In this document: one piece after another, positions 1 to 11,742 of the stretch
How positions within the stretch are numbered: position 1 is the stretch's first letter
How the letters are laid out: every line of letters begins with the position of its first letter
Assembly: GCA_011322515.1 (NCBI GenBank)
Contig: DRMS01000322.1
Coordinates: forward strand, 1 to 29,148
Length of the DNA stretch: 29,148 bases
Source of the DNA: Leucothrix mucor
GTDB lineage: Bacteria; Pseudomonadota; Gammaproteobacteria; Thiotrichales; Thiotrichaceae
Reading direction: 5' to 3'
Notes under the pieces: generated by a model
Databases searched by the model: none
The model's input: only the letters and a program-made list of their open reading frames with translations
What the model was told of the DNA's origin: nothing
Program-made: the position numbers and the translations under genes

Positions 1-302
1 CTAACGGGGGAAAACCCTTCGAGTTTAACAGAAAAACATAATATTAGGAAATACTGGATTAGGTGGTTTTGTTTTTTCTTAACTTTCAAAGACTTTGAAA
101 ATAATAGCGGCTAAAGAAACGCTATACTTTTGTGAATATTGCTTTTAAGACTAAGGATATTAATAATATCTGAAACTTACCACAGGATTTTTATTTCAAC
201 TCATTTGATTCTTACGAAACGCAAGCTACGCAACGATAAGACAGAGAATAGGAAAATAAATAAGCAAAATGTTAGAATCATTGCTTGGAACTTCCTAACT
301 AT

Positions 303-1214
303 TTATGCAAACTCATAATCGCCAGCAAGTGAAACGGGTGCTTTATTTTCCTGTCCTAGTGTTATAATTTCCCACGAGTCTTGCTGGGCTAATAATTCAC
401 GCAGGAGAAGATTATTAATCGCATGACCTGATTTGTGCCCATGATACGCGCCAATAATGCCATGACCTATGGTGTATAGATCACCAACGGCATCTAGCAT
501 TTTATGTTTTACAAACTCATCTTCATAGCGCAGACCATCTTGGTTTAAAATGCGAAAATCATCTAACACAACAGCGTTTGCTAGACTTCCTCCCAAACCC
601 ATATTTTTTGATCGCATTAATTCAACATCACGCATAAAGCCAAAGGTTCTAGCACGACTTATCTCTTGTGCGTAGGACTGGTTTGATAAATCTAAGGATA
701 GATACTGACGTGTTTCTTTAACCGCAGGATGTTCAAAATCAATTTCAAAGTCAACTTTAAAGCCATTAAAAGGAGTCAGCTCTGCCCAGCCATATTTATT
801 TTCAAATTTAATGGGCTTGATGATTTTAACAAATTTTTTTGCGGCAAATTGTTCTTCAATACCCGCTGATTGAATTAAGAAAACAAAAGGCGCGGCACTA
901 CCGTCCATAATTGGTACTTCTATCGCATTAATATCAACATAGGCGTTATCAATCCCCAATCCCGCCAATGCAGACATAATATGCTCAATAGTGGATACCT
1001 TGACACCATCCTTGACTAGCGTAGTGCTTAGCATCGTTTCGCCAACCATCTCTGCTTCTGCTTTTATGTTAATAATAGGATCAAGGTCTACGCGACGAAA
1101 TATAATGCCTGTATTAGCAGCTGCTGGACACAGTGCTAATTCAACTTTTTTACCTGAGTGCAAGCCTATACCGACTGTCTTAACAGTCTTTTTTAATGTT
1201 CTTTGTGGAAGCAT
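303..1214 (-). CDS. lpxC: UDP-3-O-acyl-N-acetylglucosamine deacetylase
   Basis: QRTLK...GIGLHSGK N-terminus, TIEHIMSAL and [11 protein letters not shown] zinc-binding motifs, ARTFGF motif. Confidence 0.98.
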   Translation of the reverse strand: MLPQRTLKKTVKTVGIGLHSGKKVELALCPAAANTGIIFRRVDLDPIINIKAEAEMVGETMLSTTLVKDGVKVSTIEHIMSALAGLGIDNAYVDINAIEVPIMDGSAAPFVFLIQSAGIEEQFAAKKFVKIIKPIKFENKYGWAELTPFNGFKVDFEIDFEHPAVKETRQYLSLDLSNQSYAQEISRARTFGFMRDVELMRSKNMGLGGSLANAVVLDDFRILNQDGLRYEDEFVKHKMLDAVGDLYTIGHGIIGAYHGHKSGHAINNLLLRELLAQQDSWEIITLGQENKAPVSLAGDYEFA

Positions 1215-1580
1215 TGAAACCCCTTTTTTTATTTTTTATCAGCTTAAGTTGCTTATTCTTAAAATAGGCAACTTGTAACTTTAACCAAACATACATAAAT
1301 CACAGCTTAATAGAAAAACTATTAATAAGGACGTTAATCAACGCGATTAGTTCTATCTTGAATCCAATTATAGCTAAACAATGTTTATTGACTATAAATA
1401 GGAGGACACAATAAATCTAACATTTTCTCATTTATTTTCCGATCTTTTACATTATTGTTGCATAGCCCTGCTATGTGCCTCAACAATACCCTGGAGCTTG
1501 AAAAATAAACGTCAAAAATTTTGTTAGCTTTATTGCGATTCCTACACTTAAGCCCAGTAACGTCTACACACTGCCTAGTA

Positions 1581-1656
1581 TATAGTTTTTTACATAAATA
1601 ATTGCACCCTTCGACTCCGCTCAGGGTACAGCTCCCTGAGCGGAGTTGAAGGGTGC
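1581..1656. repeat. REP-like hairpin (core of MITE family A) without TIRs, plus 23-bp flank
   Basis: Stem gcacccttcgactccgctcaggg (1604-1626) / ccctgagcggagttgaagggtgc (1634-1656); 1581-1642 recurs at 28946-29007 with 1 mismatch in 62 bp. Confidence 0.85.
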
Positions 1657-1792
1657 GGAAATTTAATAAATGAATGTCTATACATAAAGTCCCTAATCTG
1701 ATGGGGTGTTGATTTAGGACAATGTAAATTTTCATTTTTTCTTAATTTGGAAAGAAACACCAGCGTGATTTGAGGCGTTAGATAGATAAGAC

Positions 1793-1877
1793 GGCTACCA
1801 GTTTAAGGTGGGATAGTTAATGTTTCTGCTATTCACCCACCCCCTTCGACAAGCTCAGGGAACTAGCCCCCTGAGCT
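1793..1877. mobile_element. Truncated MITE family A copy (one TIR plus half the hairpin)
   Basis: ggctaccagtttaaggtgggatag...cccttcgacaagctcagggaactagccccctgagct matches one half of the 14184, 23181 and 27506 copies; second TIR and TSD absent. Confidence 0.8.
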
Positions 1878-2023
1878 GAACTTGAGACTTCTCAACACGA
1901 TACACCTTTTTTGATAGCTATATCAGCTATTTGAGATTATGGTGGTGGGGCTGGAGATACCAATTTCTGCCTTGTGAAAACAGAGTTACAGGTGCTTTGG
2001 GTTAAGTTGAGAATTGCTGAAAA

Positions 2024-3382
2024 TCATTTCATTGTTACTAGCTCTTCAGCACTGACAGGATGAATTGCAATGGTGTCATCAAAATCTTGCTTGGTAGCGC
2101 CCATGCGGATAGCAACGGCAAATCCTTGTAACATTTCATCAGCACCTAAGCCCATAATATGACAACCTATAATTTTTTCTTCTTCGCCTAAAACGACTAA
2201 CTTCATGGCTGTTTTGACTTTATTGTGCGTCATTTGATGATAAAGTGGCACAAATTCTGTTTTATAAGTTTTAATTTCATCACCGTATTCAGCACGCGCT
2301 TTTTCTTCACTCATGCCAATCGTACCTATGGGGGGGTGGGTAAACATGACAGTGGCAATATTATCATAAGACATTTTTCGATCTGGCTTGCCACCATAGA
2401 GGCGGTCCCCTAGCCGCCGACCTGCGGCAATTGCAACAGGCGTTAGTGGTGCTTTACCAATAATATCACCTATTGCATAAATACCATCGGTTGTTGTTTT
2501 TTCTTCATCATCAACCACGATCATGCCGCGCTTATCAAGCTCGACACGGGTATTTTCAATCCCTAAATTATCTGTATTGGGTAGACGACCAATCGCCCAG
2601 ATTAAGGCATTAACATTGTCTATCTGGCTACCATCTTTAAAGTGAATCGTTAGATTGTTATTTGCAACTTTTTCTATTTTTTCTATTATTCCATCATCAT
2701 TGAGATCAATACCATCTGCTTCCATTTGGCGACGTAGGTTGGTTTGAATCATAGAGTCAAAGCCTTCCATTACAGGCCAACCTTGATGCAAAACCGATAC
2801 ATCAGAACCTAGTCCATTCATTAGCATCGCAAATTCTAAGGCGATATATCCGCCACCAACAACCACTATTTTTTTGGGCTGTACTTCATCAAGTTCTTCA
2901 AAGAAGCCATCGGAGGTTAAACCATGCTCAGCACCTTCGATATCACTTGGTACAATAGGACGGCCACCTGTTGCTATCACAATATGATCAGCCGTGTATT
3001 GCTCGCCATCAACTTCTAATGTTTTATCATCAATAAACGTAGCAAATCCTTCAATAACCTCAACGTTTGATTCGGTTAAATAGTCCTGATACCAGTCGAT
3101 AATGCCGCCTATAAAATTCTCTCTTTTAGCAACGAGTTTTTTCCAGTCAAGCTCACGAATAGTGACATCAAAACCGTAATCTTTGCCGTCTTTTAGAGCG
3201 TGCGCTACCGATGCGCCATACCACATCACTTTTTTAGGTACACAGCCAACATTGACACAAGTGCCGCCTAATTCTCCTGCTTCAATAACCGCCGTTTTTG
3301 CACCATAAGCCGCTGCTCTTTCTGCGATTGAAAGTCCACCGCTACCTGCGCCAATTGCGATTATATCAAAGTGATTGCTCAT
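2024..3382 (-). CDS. gor: Glutathione reductase family flavoprotein, glutathione amide reductase-like
   Basis: [13 protein letters not shown] disulfide motif, GGGYIA, C-terminal HPVSAEE; start moved to MSNHFD (ATG 3382, RBS AAGGA upstream); lacks the NADPH-binding arginines. Confidence 0.9.
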   Translation of the reverse strand: MSNHFDIIAIGAGSGGLSIAERAAAYGAKTAVIEAGELGGTCVNVGCVPKKVMWYGASVAHALKDGKDYGFDVTIRELDWKKLVAKRENFIGGIIDWYQDYLTESNVEVIEGFATFIDDKTLEVDGEQYTADHIVIATGGRPIVPSDIEGAEHGLTSDGFFEELDEVQPKKIVVVGGGYIALEFAMLMNGLGSDVSVLHQGWPVMEGFDSMIQTNLRRQMEADGIDLNDDGIIEKIEKVANNNLTIHFKDGSQIDNVNALIWAIGRLPNTDNLGIENTRVELDKRGMIVVDDEEKTTTDGIYAIGDIIGKAPLTPVAIAAGRRLGDRLYGGKPDRKMSYDNIATVMFTHPPIGTIGMSEEKARAEYGDEIKTYKTEFVPLYHQMTHNKVKTAMKLVVLGEEEKIIGCHIMGLGADEMLQGFAVAIRMGATKQDFDDTIAIHPVSAEELVTMK

Positions 3383-3415
3383 ATTATTTTCCTTGATTGC
3401 TTTGTAAAGAAACCT

Positions 3416-3468
3416 AAGCACTAAATACACAGAGAGAAACAATGTGTATTTCTGTGTATTTAGTCGTT
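3416..3468. repeat. Intercistronic hairpin (family E)
   Basis: 14-bp perfect stem actaaatacacaga (3420-3433) / tctgtgtatttagt (3451-3464); resembles the arms at 17025 and 17221. Confidence 0.7.
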
Positions 3469-3504
3469 ATTGTTCTTTGTATATTTATAGTTTAAAAATA
3501 AGTG

Positions 3505-4236
3505 TTACTCACTAAGCCATTCTTTTAGATCATCAGATCCACCTACTAAATCGCCATCGATAAAAATCTGTGGTACTGAACTACCTGCCGATATAGCCCG
3601 TAAGGTTAGATCAGTATAGTCACTCCCTAGAACTAATTCTTCAAATTCTATGCCTTTTTCTGCAAGCATTACTTTTGCCTTAGCACAATAGGGACATCCT
3701 TTGCGTGTAAAAATCGTAGCATTTAGCGGACGTTTAGCGTCTGGTGCAATGTATTCCAGCATTGTATCTGCATCAGAGATTTCAAAAGGATCACCTGGCT
3801 GATTAGGCTCAATAAACATTTTATCAATGACACCATCTTTTACTAACATCGAATAACGCCATGAGCGTTTGCCAAAGCCTAAGTCTTCTTTATCAACCAG
3901 CAAACCCATTGCTTCTGTAAAATCACCATTACCATCGGGGATGAAAGTGACTTTATCAGCATTCTGATGTTGTGCCCATTCATTCATAACAAAGGTATCA
4001 TTGACAGAAATACAAATAACCTCATCAACACCATTTGCTTTAAGAGTCGGTTGTAGTTGGTTAAAACGTGGGACATGCGCTGATGAGCAGGTTGGAGTGT
4101 ATGCACCCGGTAGGGAAAATAGGGCAATTGTTTTTCCTGCAAATAAATCTTTGCTATTTATATCAAGCCAGCCATTATTTTGATAAGTGTGAAAAGTAAC
4201 TTCAGGGATAGATTGACCTTCTTTATTTTCGAACAT
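3505..4236 (-). CDS. pgdx: Hybrid peroxiredoxin 5-glutaredoxin (glutathione or glutathione amide peroxidase)
   Basis: [10 protein letters not shown] Prx5 motif, [10 protein letters not shown]-terminal Grx domain with CPYC and SVPQIFIDG. Confidence 0.95.
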   Translation of the reverse strand: MFENKEGQSIPEVTFHTYQNNGWLDINSKDLFAGKTIALFSLPGAYTPTCSSAHVPRFNQLQPTLKANGVDEVICISVNDTFVMNEWAQHQNADKVTFIPDGNGDFTEAMGLLVDKEDLGFGKRSWRYSMLVKDGVIDKMFIEPNQPGDPFEISDADTMLEYIAPDAKRPLNATIFTRKGCPYCAKAKVMLAEKGIEFEELVLGSDYTDLTLRAISAGSSVPQIFIDGDLVGGSDDLKEWLSE

Positions 4237-4306
4237 TTTTTATTCCTCTAAATTATTAATTTTTTCTCGATTGAGTCGCAAGAAGAAGCTTATCTTTATG
4301 TTTTAA

Positions 4307-4343
4307 ATCTGTAAAATGAATTGTTTATATTGTTATATTCTAT
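4307..4343. promoter_or_regulatory. Putative OxyR operator in the divergent pgdx/oxyR promoter
   Basis: ATCT-N7-GAAT-N7-ATTG-N7-CTAT has the four-tetramer spacing of the OxyR consensus; proximal half contains a LysR T-N11-A box; distal tetramers match only 2 of 4. Confidence 0.5.
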
Positions 4344-4354
4344 AAAATAGATGC

Positions 4355-5278
4355 ATGAAGTTACCGACGATTAAACAGTTGCAATATTTTATTTCACTAG
4401 AAAAGCATCAACATTTTGGCAATGCTGCTAAGGCATGCTTTGTATCACAATCTGCTTTTAGTGTAGCGATTAAGGAGTTTGAAAATCATCTTGGAACACA
4501 ACTAGTTGATAGAACGAATAAACGTGTCACAATTACGGCAACTGGACGGGATATTGCCACACAGGCAAGATTATGTTTGCAGGATGTTGAATACTTAACT
4601 GAATTAGCGCGGAGTAATCAACAACCACTGACGGGAAAATTGAGCCTTGGAATTATTCCAACGATAGCGCCCTTTCTTTTACCTAAGTTGATGGCGGCTC
4701 TTTCTCTGAACTATCCTAATTTAAAATTATATCTCCGTGAAGATACAACGCAATCTGTACACAAATATTTACTCTCAGGTGAACTAGATATTATTTTAAT
4801 AGCGCTACCTTATACATTAAGCAGTATAGAAATAATGCCGTTATTTGAAGATAAGTTTTTACTTGCTTGTAATAAGAACAGCAAAATCCTTCAACCTGAT
4901 CATTATGATATTGATAAACTGCCGTCTGAAAGTATTTTGCTTTTAGAAGATGGGCATTGCCTGAGGGATCATGCTTTATCAGCCTGCCATATAAAAAATC
5001 AGGAGAGCGTTAGTCACTTTTCGGCAAGTAGCCTATTAACACTTGTTGGTATGGTGGATGCAGATATTGGTATTACCTATCTGACAGAAATATCACAGGG
5101 ATCAACCCTATTACAAAATACTGATGTGCAAACCTATCCCCTTGCTGATGCTAGTTGTAGAAAAATAGGCTTAGCATGGAGAAAAGGTAGTTCACGTTTT
5201 GAAGAATTTAAGTTGCTTGGCAAATTAGTTAAGAATTTAGGCTACCAACTTAAGGCGGGACAGTCTGTTAATTCGTAG
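4355..5278 (+). CDS. oxyR: Hydrogen peroxide sensor, LysR family; last 12 aa encoded by a MITE
   Basis: LysR HTH, EDGHCLRDHALSAC with both redox cysteines, divergent from a peroxidase gene. Confidence 0.95.
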   Translation: MKLPTIKQLQYFISLEKHQHFGNAAKACFVSQSAFSVAIKEFENHLGTQLVDRTNKRVTITATGRDIATQARLCLQDVEYLTELARSNQQPLTGKLSLGIIPTIAPFLLPKLMAALSLNYPNLKLYLREDTTQSVHKYLLSGELDIILIALPYTLSSIEIMPLFEDKFLLACNKNSKILQPDHYDIDKLPSESILLLEDGHCLRDHALSACHIKNQESVSHFSASSLLTLVGMVDADIGITYLTEISQGSTLLQNTDVQTYPLADASCRKIGLAWRKGSSRFEEFKLLGKLVKNLGYQLKAGQSVNS

Positions 5279-5403
5279 AATTAAAAAGAAAAAAATCATC
5301 TCGCAAAGACGCGGGGAGGGTACGGCAAGAAAAGAAACTTCCTCTGCGTTACTTCGCGTCTTTGCGAGAGATATGTTTTTTGCCCTGCCTTAACTTGCTA
5401 GCT
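5240..5403. mobile_element. MITE family A, 164 bp, alternative internal hairpin
   Basis: TIRs ggctaccaacttaaggcgggaca / tgccctgccttaacttgctagct; perfect 8-bp TSD agaattta (5232-5239, 5404-5411); internal stem tctcgcaaagacgcg (5299-5313) / cgcgtctttgcgaga (5355-5369). Confidence 0.9.
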
Positions 5404-5419
5404 AGAATTTATAAATTCT

Positions 5420-5989
5420 TTAACTTGGCTCATTACCTTGCTTCCATTTAATACCACAGCCGAGTGATGCAAGTTGCTGCTCGGGCGCAGGCTGACCTGC
5501 AAGTAATAAATCAACGGCCGCAATCATATCTTCTCCAGTGACAGGTATATCACTTTGTGGACGAGCGCTGTCAAATTGCCCTCGATAATAAAGCACATGA
5601 TTCGCATCGAATAAATAGAAGTCAGGTGTGCAGGCTGCTTGATATGCGTGAGCGACCGATTGAGTTTCATCATACAAATAGGGAAAACTATAATTATAGG
5701 CAACAACATCTTCAATCATTTTCTCAGGAGAGTCATCAGGATAGTTTTCAACATCATTTGCATTAATCGCAATAACAGCTAAACCTTTTTGCCTATATTC
5801 TGCTGTAAAACTAGCAAAAACATCCTTTATCTGTATAACATAGGGGCAATGATTACAGATAAATGCAATTAATATTGGCTTACCAGAAAAATTTTCTAGC
5901 GATATTGTCTTGCCTGTTGCGGGTTCTAATAGTGAAAACTCAGGAGCTTTTGTTCCTAGCTCTATCATTACTGAGGCTGTTCTTGCCAT
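5420..5989 (-). CDS. Thioredoxin-fold AhpC/TSA-like protein
   Basis: FICNHCPY motif, ACTPDFY, LYYRGQFD, SLGCGIKW; start moved to MARTAS (ATG 5989, AGGA upstream). Confidence 0.85.
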   Translation of the reverse strand: MARTASVMIELGTKAPEFSLLEPATGKTISLENFSGKPILIAFICNHCPYVIQIKDVFASFTAEYRQKGLAVIAINANDVENYPDDSPEKMIEDVVAYNYSFPYLYDETQSVAHAYQAACTPDFYLFDANHVLYYRGQFDSARPQSDIPVTGEDMIAAVDLLLAGQPAPEQQLASLGCGIKWKQGNEPS

Positions 5990-6002
5990 TTTAATATCCT
6001 TT

Positions 6003-7505
6003 CTATCTTCCAAGTAATGCTTTTACATCTGCATCAGAAATACCAGACACTGATTTTAATTGCGCTATATTGACCGTACCCCTTGGGTTTTTCTTTCTAA
6101 CGCTACTTTTACTCTTTTTTCTAGTAGGTGTTACAGATAACTCTCTCATTATACGCTTATAGTCAGTCTTAATTGTATTGTTAGCTGCATAGTTTGCATT
6201 AAAGCGTCGTGGCGCCACTAGACGATTATTTTTATTGTAGCGGTAATGCCCAGTGATGCGGAATCTAAAAAGAATATCCTCCATTTGAGGACCATAAGCA
6301 ATATTATGCACAATCATATGACGACGAGGGTCTGCTTTTGAACGTTGTTCTACTACAACACCAATATGAGGCAAACTAGGTCCTACCATCCATGTTACTA
6401 AATCACCAGGTTTGTAGTCATTAGGATTATGGGTAATGGGTAATTGCGCACCATGACGACGAAAAAATGCTTGTAGATTATAAACACGTCGATGGTCTAT
6501 ATTTTTATCGGGTGATGTTAAATTCCATTTCTTTATATTAGGATAATCATAGAACCCACCATTAGACATATCCTCATGTACTGCTTTTTGTAAATCTATT
6601 CCTAAGCGACGATATGAACGAATAACGACATCGGTGCATACTCCAATATTACTAGGAACATCACCCCAAGGATAAGCGATATTCACATATCTGCCATCAT
6701 ATCTTACCCGTGAACGAGTCCTTGCTACCGCAGCATTTGATAATGCTTTGGCAAAAGAAGCATTAGGAAAGTTGGGTGTAATTCTTCGCACAGTAGGTCT
6801 TCTATAGCTTGATCTTTTTCTGGCAACATATTTTTTATAAACTGTCTTCTTTCTTGGGGTATATCTTTTATAGGATGTCGCTCGTTGCCTTGCTAACTGC
6901 TGGTTTGCAAAATATTTTCTCTGTGACTCTTTTTTTATAGCAAAATATTTTTCATGCGAAGCCCTTCTGATAGCATCATTTTTTATAGTGGCTGAATTTT
7001 TTCGGGCTGTGTACTTTCTATAGCTTGGAGCCTTTCTGGCTGTGTATTTTCTATAGCTTGGAGTCTTTCGGGCTGTGTATTTTCTATAGCTTGGGGTTTT
7101 TCTGGCTGTGTATTTTCTATAGCTTGAGGTCTTTCGGGCTGTGTGCTTTCTGTAGCTTGGAGTCTTTCTGGCTGTGTACTTTCTATAACTTGGAGTCTTT
7201 TTTGCAACATAACGACGCTTTGGTTTTTTCTGAACAGGGTATTTCTTATTAATTTTTAATCTATTGATCTTGGTTGCTACATTGAATTTCTTAGTGCTAT
7301 TAACTTTTTTAGCTATGATTTTTTCCTTTTTGGTACTCACTGTCTTTTTTGATATTATTTTTTTATTTATCACAGTGAGTTGTTTCTTTGCTTGATTAGA
7401 TATGCCTGTCTTACTCTTATTTTGAACCACTGCATTACTTGAGCAAGCTGTTAATGCCAAGCCAATAATAAAAACCATACCTAGCTGTAAAAATTTATTT
7501 TGCAT
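6003..7505 (-). CDS. Lipoprotein with basic tandem repeats and C-terminal DUF1287 (YijF-like) domain
   Basis: Lipobox LTAC; YDGRYVNIAYPWGDVP, GVCTDVVIRSYR, IDHRRV, PGDLVTW, HIGVV, IVHNI motifs. Confidence 0.8.
   Translation of the reverse strand: MQNKFLQLGMVFIIGLALTACSSNAVVQNKSKTGISNQAKKQLTVINKKIISKKTVSTKKEKIIAKKVNSTKKFNVATKINRLKINKKYPVQKKPKRRYVAKKTPSYRKYTARKTPSYRKHTARKTSSYRKYTARKTPSYRKYTARKTPSYRKYTARKAPSYRKYTARKNSATIKNDAIRRASHEKYFAIKKESQRKYFANQQLARQRATSYKRYTPRKKTVYKKYVARKRSSYRRPTVRRITPNFPNASFAKALSNAAVARTRSRVRYDGRYVNIAYPWGDVPSNIGVCTDVVIRSYRRLGIDLQKAVHEDMSNGGFYDYPNIKKWNLTSPDKNIDHRRVYNLQAFFRRHGAQLPITHNPNDYKPGDLVTWMVGPSLPHIGVVVEQRSKADPRRHMIVHNIAYGPQMEDILFRFRITGHYRYNKNNRLVAPRRFNANYAANNTIKTDYKRIMRELSVTPTRKKSKSSVRKKNPRGTVNIAQLKSVSGISDADVKALLGR
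7000..7218 (-). repeat. 33-bp coding tandem repeat, 6 full units plus a partial (RKYTARKTPSY)
   Basis: Units start at 7000, 7033, 7066, 7099, 7132 and 7165; consensus tttcNggctgtgtaYtttctatagcttggagtc. Confidence 0.95.
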
Positions 7506-7745
7506 AATTTATTCCTATTCCCCTGTTATCAAACCCTTCATATTACCCTTGCTACACTATCATAACGCTGAATAATCTATAAATTTTTTTATTTGAAGCT
7601 GTAGTTATTTTACGCAACAACCTGAGAGCATTCAAGCAGAGGTAAAAAGCATTACCAACTTAAGAAAGGACAGATGTATTTATATAGGGTTAGATTTTAC
7701 TGCATAGCAATAAAACATCATCCGATAAAATAAGTTAGCGTGCTA

Positions 7746-7769
7746 TTCAATCCTTCAATCCTTCAATCC
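7746..7769. repeat. (TTCAATCC)x3 short tandem repeat just downstream of gyrB
   Basis: Three exact 8-bp units read directly. Confidence 0.8.
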
Positions 7770-7783
7770 TCGGTCTTAGGACA

Positions 7784-10240
<2,457 letters not shown>

Positions 10241-10333
10241 CTATATAAATAATGGTTTAATCCTGAGATACATCTTGCACCTCAACAACGTAGGTTTGCT
10301 CTTTGCTATCAAATCCATGTTGTGTTTCACGTA

Positions 10334-11419
10334 CTAACTGACTTCTGATACCTCACCATGTTTCACGTGAAACATCTTTATATTTTCCCCTTTCCATATT
10401 TTCATCTTGATTGGAGCTGTTAAAATAACTTGTTGTTGTAAAGCTTGTAGGGCTTTGAATAGTATTCGTTGATTTTTTTTATCCAACTCTGAAGAAATGT
10501 CGTCAATAGAAATAACTCCTGATGTAATACCGTCCGTAGTTAATACATCACTTTGAGCCAGATAAAGCAATATAGAGAGAAGCTTTAATTCTCCTCGTGA
10601 TGCTGCTATATGAGCTAGATTGTCATTTATATTGATTTTTAAATCGGACTTATGCACACCGTGTAATGTTCGCTTTAATTTTAACTCTTGGGGTAGCTTA
10701 CTCTGATAAAACGCCAACGTATTTACGTTTTCAAACGTATCGACCGAAGGAAAGCCATTTGTTAGCGAAAGCGAAATACGTTTATCAGGCATGAGGATTT
10801 TTCTGAATAAATCAACGGGACTTTCTAGTAAAGCAACAATAGACTGCCTTTTTTCATATAAAGTTGCCTGAACGTTTATCAACTCTTTCGTCCAGTAATT
10901 AAAATCAGCTGTGACTTGGTTGTTACGTAAACAAGCATTACGCTGTTTCAATATTCTTTGGTGGTATTTCCAAACCTGATAAAAATCAGGCAATAAGTAA
11001 AATCCAATCCAGTCAAGATAACGACGCCTTACTGAGGGCGATCCCATAATTAATTTAATTGAATCAGGGGTAATGGTAGTGACAGGAAGATATTGACTTA
11101 ACTCTGCCTGTGAGCGTATATCACTTTGGTTTATACGTATGCGTGTTTCATCCTGATTTTTCTCAATACCAATATGTGAAGTAGATCCTGAAGCTGAAAC
11201 GTTGGCAGTGATTAATAATTTTTCGCTATCCCAGCTAACAACCTCATTTATTCGCCTAGTGCGAAACGATCGCCCTGTGGAAAGAATAGAAAATGCTTCG
11301 ATTAAACTTGATTTTCCTGATCCATTTTTACCAATGACTAAATTAACACCTGATGATAATTCCAGTTTAGCAGAGGTTATCATGCGGCAATTTTTAATCT
11401 GTATAGTATCAAACTTCAT
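10334..11419 (-). CDS. recF: DNA replication/repair protein RecF
   Basis: Walker A GKNGSGKS, GRSFRT, RRRYLDW, IDDISSELD, C-terminal MFHVKHG, directly upstream of gyrB. Confidence 0.95.
   Translation of the reverse strand: MKFDTIQIKNCRMITSAKLELSSGVNLVIGKNGSGKSSLIEAFSILSTGRSFRTRRINEVVSWDSEKLLITANVSASGSTSHIGIEKNQDETRIRINQSDIRSQAELSQYLPVTTITPDSIKLIMGSPSVRRRYLDWIGFYLLPDFYQVWKYHQRILKQRNACLRNNQVTADFNYWTKELINVQATLYEKRQSIVALLESPVDLFRKILMPDKRISLSLTNGFPSVDTFENVNTLAFYQSKLPQELKLKRTLHGVHKSDLKININDNLAHIAASRGELKLLSILLYLAQSDVLTTDGITSGVISIDDISSELDKKNQRILFKALQALQQQVILTAPIKMKIWKGENIKMFHVKHGEVSEVS
10359..10374. promoter_or_regulatory. parS centromere site inside the recF 3' end
   Basis: Exact TGTTTCACGTGAAACA; additional half-site TGTTTCACGT at 10323-10332. 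Confidence 0.9.
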
Positions 11420-11453
11420 AAATAAGAGGTCATAATAAATCTAATCAAATTTG

Positions 11454-11695
11454 GGCATCCTTCACGAAATGGAAAAGTAGTTTACACTTTTGTAGCTCAT
11501 ATGAAGTTTACGTAATACGGGATAGCACATTGCTCTGACCTCCCGTATTTCGCTTAGGCTACATACGGGCTACCGAACTGTCAACTGGCATATGAGGATA
11601 CTTATTTCTCTTCTCTTTTTCGGCATCCTTCACGTATCCAAAAAGTAGGTTACACTTTTTTCCAATAGGAGTAAATTATTGACATATAGGATGCC
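11454..11695. repeat. Two direct copies of a ~37-bp IS-end-like sequence (11454-11490, 11622-11659)
   Basis: ggcatccttcacgaaatggaaaagtagtttacacttt vs ggcatccttcacgtatccaaaaagtaggttacacttt; second copy closed by inverted aggatgcc at 11688-11695; parent family not identified. Confidence 0.6.
11492..11573. repeat. Convergent GTAG-type REP doublet
   Basis: gtag-ctcatat...atacggg on plus (11492-11521, degenerate) and gtag-cccgtat...atacggg on minus (11573-11542). Confidence 0.75.
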
Positions 11696-11742
11696 ATAAC
11701 TATTCCAAGATAATTTTTAGCTCTCTTAATACTCCCTCCTAT

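Noticed and set aside
1385-1735. 116-aa ORF, and similarly 17087-17290 and 25282-25488
   Set aside because: No recognisable motifs; the first two run through palindromic repeats. Probably spurious.
7000-7218. 33-bp repeats as a CRISPR array
   Set aside because: Head-to-tail units with no spacers, in frame within a CDS, and no cas genes.
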